A stretch of DNA of 64,000 nucleotides from Rhizophagus irregularis. Lineage: Eukaryota. This document shows, in pieces, positions 14,043 through 25,700 of the stretch. The notes beneath the pieces were generated by a model. The model was not told the origin of the DNA and searched no databases. It saw nothing but the letters and a program-made list of their open reading frames with translations. The translations under genes were made by a program, and so were the position numbers. Numbering within the stretch: the stretch's first letter is position 1; each line of letters begins with the position of its first letter. Location: NCBI RefSeq assembly GCF_026210795.1, contig NC_089429.1:992001-1056000 (forward strand). The letters are read 5' to 3'.

Positions 14043-15428
14043 ATGCCGCCGAAACAAATAAACCAACAAACAAACAACAGGCCTTTTTACAAAAAAAAAA
14101 AAACAGACAAAGTAAAAATGTCAAACTTCGGAAAATTCAGAGAGCAATTGAGCATCAAAGTAGGTTTTTTTTTTGAATAAAATAACCCACTTAAACTTTC
14201 ACTATTATTTATTCGCTATAATCGGGTGTTTCGCTCGTGTTACGCTCGATTTTTTTTTATTTTTTTTTATTTTTTTTATTTCTTTGATTTTTTCTCTCTT
14301 ATATATTCGGTGGTTCACTCGATTTTTTCTCTTCATAATCGGGTGTTTCGCTCAATTTTTTTCTCTTCTTGCTCGATTTTTTTTTTATACTCTGGTGGTT
14401 CACTTGGATAAGTGTTAGTTAACCCTTTTCATTTTAAAGAAAAATTAAGGCAACAAAGCGAACAAGTCATAACAATACCTTCAGTAGAAGAAAATGAAAT
14501 ATCTCCTTCTGACCATAATGTCAATAATGAACGTCACTTACCAAGTCACCAGAACAAAAATCTTACTATACCAGTAGTAACGCCATATCAGCCGATCAAT
14601 GATCTTCCTACTAGTTATTCACAAGCAAATGTTGGTCGGGTATTTTTATCTCAGAATGTTGACAGTCAATTTACTCAATTTAGATGTTTGAGCGGTCATT
14701 TTCATATGAATCAGGAGGCAAACTATCACTTTATGCCGCCGAAACAAATAAACCAACAAACAAACAACAGGCCCTTTTACAAAAAAAAAAAAAACAGACA
14801 AAGTAAAAATGTCAAACTTCGGAAAATTCAGAGAGCAATTGAACATCAAAGTAGGTTTTTTTTTTTGAATAAAATAACCCACTTAAACTTTCACTATTAT
14901 TTATTCGCTGTAATCAGGTGTTTCGCTCGTATTCGTTATTTTCGGGTTATTTCGCTCGATTTTTTTCTTTACTTGCTCGATTTTTTTTTTATACTCTGGT
15001 GATTTGCTTGGATAAGTGTTAGTTAACCCTCTTCATTTTAAAGAAAAATTAAGGCAACAAAGTGAACAAGCCGTAACAATACCTTCAGTAGAAGAAAATG
15101 AAATATCTCCTTCTGACCACAATGCCAATAATGAACGTCACTTACCAAGTCACCAGAACGAAAATCTTATACCAGTAGTAATGCCATGTCAGCCGATCGA
15201 TGATCTTCCTAGTTATTCGCAAGAAAATGTTGGTCGGGTAGTTTTATCTCAGAATGTTGACAGTCAATTTACTGAATTTAGATGTTTGAGTGGTTATTTT
15301 CATAAGGATCAGGAGGATTTAGATAGGTGTTATAAGAATTTTATTAAGAAATATGGTAATAGCGTTGATAAATTTATGGATATTTATAGTTGTAATAGAC
15401 TTGAAGCAGAAGATTTTATTTTAAAGTA
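14043..15428 (+). pseudogene. Tandemly duplicated (690-bp period) two-exon gene fragment of unknown function
   Basis: MPPKQINQQTNNRPFYKKKK exon starts at 14043 and 14733, each followed by a GT-AG intron and a KLRQQSEQ exon. Cut by a MITE at 15429. Confidence 0.6.
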
Positions 15429-15620
15429 CAGTCAACTCTTCTTATAACGATTTTTTTTTCAATATAACGAAGATATTTTGTGTATAAAATACAATTATTA
15501 TACAACAATATACCATAATATAACAAAACTTTCCGGGCTATACCAGATTTCCTATCATATTAACGAATATTCATATAACGAAAGGCCTGACGCCCATTTC
15601 GTTATATTAAGAGTTGACTG
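15429..15620. mobile_element. MITE, pogo/Tigger type
   Basis: TA|cagtcaactctt...aagagttgactg|TA, TIR extends imperfectly to about 22 bp. Confidence 0.85.
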
Positions 15621-16107
15621 TATACATGATATAATTTTGAAATATAATTTCAAAAACAATAAAAAATAACAATATATATATTATATATGATGCTCTATAA
15701 TTTCCTAGTCAAATTTAAATGGTAAAACCCATTTTATGTCCTTTACCTGTTACCAATTACCACTCTTATATTATTTTTTTATTTTAATATTAGACTTGCT
15801 TAGAATACTTGAAATGAGTAATTTACAGTGTCTTTTACTTTTCAGATTCAGAAGAACTGGGCAGTTTATAAACCCGAAAATAACGAAAAAATAAAAAAAA
15901 ATAAAAATATTTACGATCATGTATACAGAATATTTCGATCGTAATGCTTAGGAACATTTACGTTCGGGATTTTGATCTAATCATTTTGATCACTTTTTTT
16001 AACGTGTCTGGTGTCTAGTGAAGTTTTAATACGCGCCTTCAAAAAGTTTATTATACCTTTATGGTATTAACTATTTGCCATTTTAAAAATAAAAATATTT
16101 ATTATAT

Positions 16108-17130
16108 TTTTTTTTTTTTAATTAGTAACGCGTTTATTAATTATGGTACTAATTATGTAATTTAGTAATTTAACTAATTTAACTCTCGTTCCCCAATTAT
16201 TTTTAATCGATCTACCGCCAGTGACATCTCCTAATAAACCATCTCTTGTCACTAATTTAATTAATTTTTCTCTATTTTCATTTAAACTATTTTTATTTGT
16301 TTTTTCATTTTTTCTTATTTTTTTTAGCATCGTCCCTATCATCATTATCTTCTTTTCTTCTTTTCCTTTTTCTCTTATCCTTATTATCTATACCTTTTTC
16401 ATTCTCTATTTCAGCCACTTCATCACATCTACTTATCCAAATTCTCGTTCTATATTTATCGTAACAAAATCTCCAAAATTTTTTAATCAAATTTTTTTTT
16501 TTCCTTTTTTTTGAATTTTCTATTATATGCGCCTCTCAAAAGTTCCCATATTCTATTATATCCTATTAAGATATCTGATTGGTGTAACATTATTTCATTT
16601 AAAGCTAATATTAATATCTCGAAATAATTCAATTTCATCTATTTTATCTTTTGATATTAATATTTCTTCGTACTCATTTATTGCTTCATATAGAATTTCT
16701 TCTAAATTAGCTTCGTTTCTTTCACACTTCATACATGATACCAATCTTCAATTTCATTATTGCATCTTGGACATATCAGATATATCATTTACTATTTCAT
16801 TCACTTCTCTTTTATATAAAACTCCATAAGTTGGCAATTCTTTTAACAAATTCTTAATTTTATATGAATCTTCATCACTACATTGCCAAAAGGTGAACTT
16901 ATTTTGATTACTTATGAAATTCAACGTTTCGACCCAATCGAATTCATTTTTAAAATTTAAATAAAACAATTCTGCTATTTAGAATTCATCCTTCCAAATA
17001 GCTTGCGTACATTTCTTACGCCATCCTCTTATATCACCTGTTATCAAATCATATTTTCAATACAAATTAAATTCGTTGGCCTTTAACGCTTCTTCTATAA
17101 CCTCTACTCCATAGGTCTCAAAGTTATCCT
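16108..17130 (-). mobile_element. 5'-truncated degenerate LINE (3' end)
   Basis: Poly(T) at ~16108-16119. Minus strand encodes FDWVETLNF...YKIKNLLKELPT, resembling IDWSIFF...KIQLMIEELPC of the intact LINE. Confidence 0.7.
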
Positions 17131-17347
17131 TACCCAAAAAAATTTCTTGCTTATTTTTCCTTTGTAATAAGAGATTAGGTTCCTAGTGATTAATTACTAT
17201 AACAAAATACTTCGTGATAATTGTGTTCATAAATATTACATAATAAAAAATATCATTTATCTTAAAGACTTGCTTTTATCATAATCATACACTGGCCCAT
17301 AATGCTAACGCCAGCAGTTAGAATACCAACATTTATATTTTTATTTA

Positions 17348-17940
17348 TTAATATTGTAAATGATTATTTATATAACTATGTGCATCAATATATAAATCAT
17401 GGTATTTTTGAACTATAATATTATGCATATCGGCTGATTGGAAAAATCAAGCCAATTAATATTTAAGCTCAGTTGATGGGTTTATTATATAACTGATGGG
17501 TTACTTATTGTCATTTAGCATATAAAATTATGGGAGGCTTTTCTGATCAGCCGATATGGTGATTTATATTCATTTACTTCATCTATTAAAAAAAATAATT
17601 CGACAGGTTGTATACCACCATTAGAATCCGATTCTAAAATAGCCAAATATTTAACCCTTTCCTTTTTCATAATATATTTCTTTATAAAAAATAAATACTT
17701 GTATCTTCACTTCTCGGGGATGATGTATGCAGGAATACATTATTAATTAATAATTTTTTGATAAAAGTATTTTGTGAATTTTTTAAAAATATTTCTAGAT
17801 CACTTTTAATAAAAGAAAGAGCTAAACATAAATATTCTAACCTAGAAGGAAGAACCTGTCCTAAATTTCGTAATAAAGTTGAACTTTCTTCATAAAGAGT
17901 ATGATTTTCGATAAAATCTCCTTTAATGGTAAGATAATTA
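17348..17940 (-). pseudogene. 3' part of the split F-box/LRR-like gene
   Basis: NYLTIKG...NLGQVLPSRLEYLCL...KKERVKYLAILE...EYKS[MITE]HNIIVQKYHDLYID...LQY*, colinear with the C-terminus of 55870-57540. Confidence 0.85.
17426..17558. mobile_element. 133-bp MITE inside the F-box 3' part
   Basis: catatcggctgat / atcagccgatatg termini. Removing it restores colinearity with the paralogue. Confidence 0.75.
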
Positions 17941-18038
17941 ACTAGAGTAACTTGGTAATTGTTAGTGAGTTATAATCATTATACTGTCAGATTGACTCGA
18001 AAATTTTGGGTCGGGTCATCAAACGTTTTTATAATTAA

Positions 18039-20351
18039 CTAGAATATGCGATTTGCCAGGGGACTTCGTCCCCCAAACATAACATTTATAATTAAAAAAA
18101 TTTTTTGATATAAATAAATTGAATTGTATGTAAATATTACCAAATAATAAAATTTTATTATAATTAAACCTATAAAAAATCATGTTTTTAATAAGGTTTT
18201 ATACAATTTTTTCTTAAAAATAATGTTTCTAATCTATATAGGGATACGGAAAAATGCACAATTCCATATCACAAAAATGTATCATTTTGCATGATTTGAC
18301 CATAATTTATGCCGAATTTATATTGATTTGATCACAGAAATTACATAATTTAAGCATAGAATTTACACGATTTGGTTAATGAATTTACTGCTTAAATTAC
18401 AATTATTAATATTAGTTGCATTTATATGAATTTAATTTTAATAATATTTTACTAAATTATTAAATCAAATATAAAAATAAAAAAAAATCCTTAGTATCAT
18501 GTGATTATAATTAGCCAATAATATAAATTAATTCTTATTATTTAAAATAATGACGTAAGTTGTAATAAGTGTTTTAAAGTTAATACAGCTACAAAAAAAT
18601 AAAATTTTATGAAAATTAATATTCAAGTGCTTTTAACCTGCCTGAACAACTTTCAATTAATAAATAAAGTTGATTTCATTTGTCCAAAGTGGAGATATTA
18701 CGCTCTAAATTAAAGAAAAAGAAAAGAGAGTTAATATCATCAACAAAAATGCAATCTTCTATAAGCACTACACCTACATTCATGAAAATTAATATTCAAG
18801 TGGTTTCAACCTGCCTGAACAACTTTCAATTAATAAATGAAGTTGATTTCATTTGTCCAAAGTGGAGATATTACGCTCTAAATTAAAAAAAAATAGAAAA
18901 GAGAGTTAATATCATCAAGAAAAATGCAATCTTCTTTAAGCACTACACCTACATTCATGAAAATTAATATTCAAGTGCTTTTAATCTGCCTGAACAACTT
19001 TCAATTAATAAATGAAGTTGATTTCATTTGTTCAAAGTGGAGATATTACGCTTTAAATTAAAAAAATAGAAAAGAGAGTTAATATCATTAACAAAAATGC
19101 AATCTTCTCTAAGCACTACACCTACATTCATGAAAATTAATATTCAAGTGGTTTCAACCTGCCTGAACAACTTTCAATTAATAAATAAAGTTGATTTCAT
19201 TTGTCCAAAGTGGAGATATTACGCTCTAAATTAAAAAATAGAAAAGAGAGTTAATATCATCAACAAAAATGCAATTTTCTCTAAGAACTACACCTACATT
19301 CATGAAAATTAATATTCAAGTGGTTTCAACCTGCCTGAACAACTTTCAATTAATAAATGAAGTTGATTTCATTTGTCCAAAGTGGAGATATTACGCTCTA
19401 AATTAAAAAAAAATAGAAAAAAGAGTTAATATTATCAAGAAAAATGCAATCTTCTTTAAGCACTACACCTACATTCATGAAAATTAATATTCAAGTGGTT
19501 TCAACCTGCCTGAACAACTTTCAATTAATAAATGAAGTTGATTTCATTTGTCCAAAGTGGAGATATTATGTTCTAAATTAAAAAATAGAAAAGAGAGTTA
19601 ATATCATCAACAAAAATGCAATCTTCTCTAAGCACTACACCTACATTCATGAAAATTAATATTCAAGTGGTTTTAACCTGCCTGAACAACTTTTAATTAA
19701 TAAATAAAGTTAATTTCATTTGTCCAAAGTGAAGATTATAATGTATTTGGAAAAGAAGTTTAATTTAAAAAAATTTTATATAAAAAAAAGAAAATTAAGA
19801 ACTGAGTTGACAAAAATTTGAAATAACATGAATTTTAAATTAATTCTTTCATTAATTATAAATTCAAGTAGTTTAAAATAAAAATAGTAAGAAAAAATAT
19901 TTTTTATGAAATATCACATTATTTTCTAAAAGAAAGTCTTATAAATTTAATTTGTAATTATGTAATATCCAAATATTTAATCTTACAAATAGAAAAAAAT
20001 GTAAAAAAAATTTATGATGTTTTATAAAAAAAGAAAAAATTTTAAATTTTTGAAAAAAAATTTCGTCTAACACTTTTATCACAAGATCTGCATGATCATC
20101 TACACGTTTTAATTTTTTTAACGAAAAAAAGAAATATATTTGAATATTTTATTTCTTTGAAAATCAATAACGATCAACAAAATTAAATACAAATATAAAA
20201 CTTATTGCTTGATGCCGCAAGTTAATATGTAGTAAAAGTGGCACAAAAATGAATATTTTGTAATTTTATTCTAATGATATCAAAGAAGCAATATTGCAAT
20301 ATTGCAATATTGCAATAACAACGTCTATAGCTATATAGCTATAGTATAAGA
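18039..20351 (-). mobile_element. Non-autonomous Helitron carrying a satellite
   Basis: Minus strand starts A|TCTTATACTATA (20351) and ends with hairpin ggggac-ttc-gtcccc (18059-18073) followed by CTAG|T (18039). Confidence 0.7.
18609..19731. repeat. ~173-bp tandem satellite, about 6.5 units
   Basis: atgaaaattaatattcaagtg recurs at 18609, 18782, 18957, 19130, 19302, 19477, 19649. Confidence 0.95.
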
Positions 20352-20601
20352 TTCAACTACGAAGTTCACATGGTGCATTCCCAAAAAGATGAAAATCTGC
20401 ATGAAGATCAGAGGACAAACTACAAATTAAGCGAAAAAGTGAATGAATAAGGAAGGTCATGCAGGATGATCACCACTTCAAAATCATACTATCGCCAAAT
20501 ATAAAAAAAATTGATGTATTCAAGACCATTTTTACTGCGGAATTTTTAAAGGAAAAAGTTCAATTTTAAGAGTAAGTTTATTAAGTTTTAACTTGTTCGA
20601 G

Positions 20602-22692
20602 ATGTCAGGGTCGCAACCTAGGGTCCACGCCACTCAGTCAAGTACAAGACAGCAACAAGATAAAGAAGTTAACAAACCAGGACAACAGCAAACTCTTCAA
20701 GACTTGATACATAAACCAGTCTTCAATATCAATCCTATTATTCAGGATTGGCAACCTGCAAGTTCTCGTAAAACTAAAAGAAAAGATAAAGAAAAACAAG
20801 TTGAACAAAAACAACAGAAAAAACAACCTCGTTTGTCTTTTAGGCAACATAAATCTACTGAAAAAACTACTGATGATATGGATATTAGTCAAGATACTTT
20901 TGCTTCTTCATCTGAAAGCGGTGGCGCAGCAAAATCCAATACAGATAATCAAGTAACACCAGAAAATCTAGATGCACCAATTGATGGTGAAAAAAATGAT
21001 GAAATGATCGTCGACAATGGAAAAATTGATAATCAAACAGATGATCAATCTTTTAATAAGGATAATCAGAAAAATGGTGATACTAATGACATAATTAGTG
21101 ATAATCATTCAGAAATTTTTAATAAGGCTAAACCTATTTTAGTTAAAATCAAAAAAGATTCTATTCCAGGAAATAATATTATTCAAAAAAAGTTTAATTT
21201 GAGAAAACAACTAGCTGGAATTAATGTTACCCTGGCCGGGGGAGTTATCTTAAATAAGAAAGAACCCGAATTTATCATTTTACCAATCATGAAAAATGAT
21301 TATGATAAAATTATTAATCTAGAAATTGATATTATTGATGATGAACAGTCACATGAAAATGGTGAAGATGCAGAGTCGAGTACTAATAGTAAGGTTAAGG
21401 AAATAATAAAATTTACACCATATCAAAAAACTAAAAAAGTTTTTACTGAAGAAGAAATTAAAGATAGAAATTGTAGAACGATTAAAGTTATAAATATTCC
21501 AATTGAAATTCCTAATTATCAAATTAGAGCTGTATTTAACAAATATGGTGAAATAGAAGAAAATGGCTTTTATACCAGAATTAGAAATTTATATATTCAA
21601 GCTTTCATTACATATAAAAAAGAAGAAAGTCTACAAAAATTTTACAAAGGCATATGGTCAGAATGGATTGGAAAACATCAAGTACTTATTGTGCCAAAAA
21701 TTTTGTCAGAAGATGAAATAGAAAAAAGATCAATGTATACAGTTAAATTAACTGGATTACCATGGAATTCAACTGCTTATGATATACATGAAGCTTTAGA
21801 AGTTAACAATCCTAAGTATATTTTTATACCACGTAATCCAAATAATAATAAACCATTGAATTATGCAATAGTTTATTATGAAAATGATGAAGATATAGGT
21901 ATTGCAGCAGAAAGAAATATTATTTTTTGTAATAGAACGCTTCATTGGGGAACTCCAGGTGAAAAATCATGCCATAGATGTGGTTCCTTTAATCATTTAA
22001 TTAGTAAGTGTGATATTGAACCATCTGCTAAACCACGTGTAATGAATAGAAAGCAAAAGCTTAAGGAGTTTCGTCAAGAAAATAACAAGAAGTTTAAAAA
22101 AGGCAGTTATGCAAATGTAACAAAACAAATTTCATTTGAAAAACGTCAGCAAAGTAATAATTCAAATAATTATTCTAAATATAATAATGGAAATATCAAT
22201 AGATATTGGAATAAAAATATTTCACGTGATAGAAATAATAACGTTAATGAAAAGTCACTTGATCAAGGAATTTTCACGCAAATTAAACAACTTAATGAGA
22301 ATTTGAATAAATTAGCTAATGATTTCAAAAAAATCCAACAAGAAAACTATCGTATTAAATCTGAATTTTATAAATATAAAGAAAACAAGTCTACAACAAG
22401 TTCAGGAAAAAATATTAAAGTCAATCAAGATAGAAGTACAATCGCCTTACAAAATGAGAATAACAAAAGATCAAGAGTTGATAATGAACAACTTGAAGCC
22501 TCAGGATCTTCAGATATAGAAAATAGTTTAAACAAACAAAATAATGAAATTAATAGATTCGGTGATGCTTTATCAACTATGAGTAAAAATATCTCAAAAA
22601 TTATGGAATATTTTACTTCTGACAATAATAATGACGTTAATAATTTTCAAGGGGATAAAATTATTGACAATAATGAATCCCATGAGGATTAA
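20602..22692 (+). CDS. LINE ORF1 (RRM-like domains + CCHC knuckle + coiled coil)
   Basis: RTIKVINIP..FNKYGEI and YTVKLTGLP RRM-like segments, CHRCGSFNHLISKC knuckle. First ATG at 20602. Confidence 0.9.
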   Translation: MSGSQPRVHATQSSTRQQQDKEVNKPGQQQTLQDLIHKPVFNINPIIQDWQPASSRKTKRKDKEKQVEQKQQKKQPRLSFRQHKSTEKTTDDMDISQDTFASSSESGGAAKSNTDNQVTPENLDAPIDGEKNDEMIVDNGKIDNQTDDQSFNKDNQKNGDTNDIISDNHSEIFNKAKPILVKIKKDSIPGNNIIQKKFNLRKQLAGINVTLAGGVILNKKEPEFIILPIMKNDYDKIINLEIDIIDDEQSHENGEDAESSTNSKVKEIIKFTPYQKTKKVFTEEEIKDRNCRTIKVINIPIEIPNYQIRAVFNKYGEIEENGFYTRIRNLYIQAFITYKKEESLQKFYKGIWSEWIGKHQVLIVPKILSEDEIEKRSMYTVKLTGLPWNSTAYDIHEALEVNNPKYIFIPRNPNNNKPLNYAIVYYENDEDIGIAAERNIIFCNRTLHWGTPGEKSCHRCGSFNHLISKCDIEPSAKPRVMNRKQKLKEFRQENNKKFKKGSYANVTKQISFEKRQQSNNSNNYSKYNNGNINRYWNKNISRDRNNNVNEKSLDQGIFTQIKQLNENLNKLANDFKKIQQENYRIKSEFYKYKENKSTTSSGKNIKVNQDRSTIALQNENNKRSRVDNEQLEASGSSDIENSLNKQNNEINRFGDALSTMSKNISKIMEYFTSDNNNDVNNFQGDKIIDNNESHED

Positions 22693-22716
22693 ATACCCCT
22701 TTAAATATTATTTTTA

Positions 22717-25700
22717 ATGATGAACAATAAAAAAACACATTCTTTTAAGAAAAAACATTATAATAATCCTTCCCCTGTTAATCAAAAATCACGTTCAAAT
22801 TTAAATAATCAACAAATTTATCGTCTGAAAACACGTCAACGACTCAATTTATCAGATATAATTAAAATAGCTTCATTGAATATTAAAGGTATAACTGATG
22901 TTAAAAAACAATTCTTAATTGATATATTAGGTGAATATAATATAACTATTTTGGGTCTATCAGAAACTAATATATCAAACAAAATGGCAAAACATTCTTT
23001 TAATTTTTATAGAAATAATTATATTACTTATTTTGCAAATGAGGAAACTAATTATAGGGGAAATGGTGTAGGTCTTATTATTAAGAAAAATTATGCACGG
23101 CATATAGTCAATTATGATAGCTTCAAAGGAAGAATTATATATGTTGATTTTATTTTTAGTGGAAATAAAAAAATGAGAATCATTAATTATTATGGAAAAT
23201 CTGGACGAGTTACTTTAGACAATTTTAATCAAGAAGTTAAAATTTATTTTGATAAAATCAAAGAATTGGTTAGAGAAAGTAAAGCACAAAATGCAGAAAT
23301 TATTCTTCTTGGTGATTTTAATCTTCATTATGAAAAATATCTGGATGATAAAAATAATAATCGTAAAATGAAAAAAGAATATAAACTTTTTGAATGGATT
23401 GAAGATGAACAAAATTTTTATGATCCTTTCTATATCATGTTCGATAATTTATCACAACATTCCTTAAATACTTTCTATCCTTTTAATACAAATCAAAATC
23501 CTTCTAGAATAGATTACATTTGGGTAACAGAAAATTTATTTTCAGAAACACAAGAATGCAAAATTGTTAATACAACAACAATTAATACTGATCATAGAAT
23601 GTTAGTGTATTCAATATGGTCAGAAGATTTGATTGGAAATATTGCTAATATCAAACGGAAGGAAGGATTTAAAGAAGTTTATAAGTATGATAAAATGGAT
23701 GGAGAGCAATGGGAATTATTTCAGAATGATCTTAATAAATACATTTCAAATTCAGAAATTTTAAATTTAATTTTAACGATAAAAATAATATTAATCATAT
23801 ATGGGATAAGATCAAAAAAGGTCTTGTTCAAGCTAGTAAAAATTGTATTCCAATAGAAAAAATCAAATTAACTAAAAGTCAAGTCAACCCAATGAAAATA
23901 TCTAATGCATATAAAGTAATGAAATTTTTAATAAATTTCAGACGTTCAATTAAAGATTCAAGAAAAAGAAATCATGTGATCAGAAATTGGATTACATATA
24001 GAAAAAAATTATTGGAAATTGGAAGAGAAAAAAGTGATTATTGTTGGAATAAAATTCCTAAGGATGATAAAAGTGTCAAGGAAATTTTTGAAGAAATAAA
24101 AAATTTATATCAAATTTATTTAATCCTATATAATCACGATCTTTTACAATTCAAAGAAGAAAAAAATTAAACTAGCAATTGACCAACGCTGTGAAGATTT
24201 ATTAGAAAATCAAAAACATATGATTAATAGTGTAATGGAACGTGAAATTAAATCCATTGTATTAGACAGAGTTCTAATTAAAGAAAATAATGAAGATAAA
24301 TTAATCACTGATGAAGAAAAAATAAAAGATATTGTAAATGATCATTTTCAAAATATTGCAGGATCAACAAACCAACCTAAGATTTTATCAGAATATTGGG
24401 CAAAATTTTATTTTCCTCAAGATGAAATTAATGATAAAATTTATAAAGATTTGATGGTAGAGCCTACAAATGATGAATTGAATGAAGCTTTAAATAAATT
24501 ATCAAATAATAAAGCTTCTGGACCTACAGGTATTAGTAATGAAATGTTGAAACACGCATCTCCAGAATTTAAAGAAATTATTAGAAAATTAATTATTTTA
24601 ATTTTTAATAATCAAGAGATACCATTAGAATGGAAATATGCTAATGTTTATCCTATACCGAAACCAAAGCCATGGGGTTGTCAACTAGTTAATACACGCC
24701 CAATAACTTTGTTGGAAACGGCTAGGAAATTAATGGTATCAATAATGAATGCAAGATTATCAACAATTCTTCAGAAAAACAAAATTCTTAAAGGTTTACA
24801 ATTTGCTGGATTGCCTTTCAGTTCAACTTTTGAACCATTAAGGATTATTAATGAAATAATTCAAGATGCTAATGAGAATGATAAGGAACTGTGGATTTTA
24901 TCATTAGACATGTCAAAAGCATATGATCGTGTTAATATTTTTATGTTAGAAAAAGCTATGCAACGTCTTAAAATACCAAGTTCTTTTATTAATTTAACAA
25001 AAGAGTTATTTTTAGGACGGAAAAATAGTGTATTTACAGCAGGAGGATTAAGTAATCCATATGATGTAATGGTTGGAATCGATCAAGGGGAAATAATCTC
25101 ACCACTTTTGTGGTGTATATATTATGATCCACTTCTTACTGCCATACAGCAAGAACACTTTGGATATCGTGTAAAAGCAAAAAAGAAAATCAATTTATAT
25201 GAAAATATAGAGGTAGAAGTAAAACAAAACATTACCAGCATGGCATATATGGATGATACTAATATGTTAGCTGGCAATAAAGAAGAATTAGAAAAAATAT
25301 TAAAAACGGCTGATGACTTCTATACTCTTAACGATATTCAAATAAATAAAGAAAAATCTGAATTGTTACTTAAGAAAAAGAATTTTAATTTTAATGAAAA
25401 AATAGAGTTAGAATTTGGCAATCAGAAAATCAAAATCAAACCTAAAGGAAAAACAGAAAGTCTTAGAATCTTGGGTGTTTGGTTCAATATATATAATGAT
25501 AACAATTTTATCAAACAACAAGCCTTTGATGAAGTTAAAAATTTAAGTAATAACCTGCTGAAGAACAAATGCATAACAGATAAAATTAGTTCCTATATTT
25601 TTAATGCTGTAATATTACTACGTATCGAATATAGGACACAAATGATAATACTATCAGAAAAAGATTGTGAAAAAATCATGGTTCCTTATAGAAAAAATTT

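Noticed and set aside
17289..17315. Possible second Tc1 TIR (ta-cactggccc)
   Set aside because: Only about 8 bp match and no partner TIR found.
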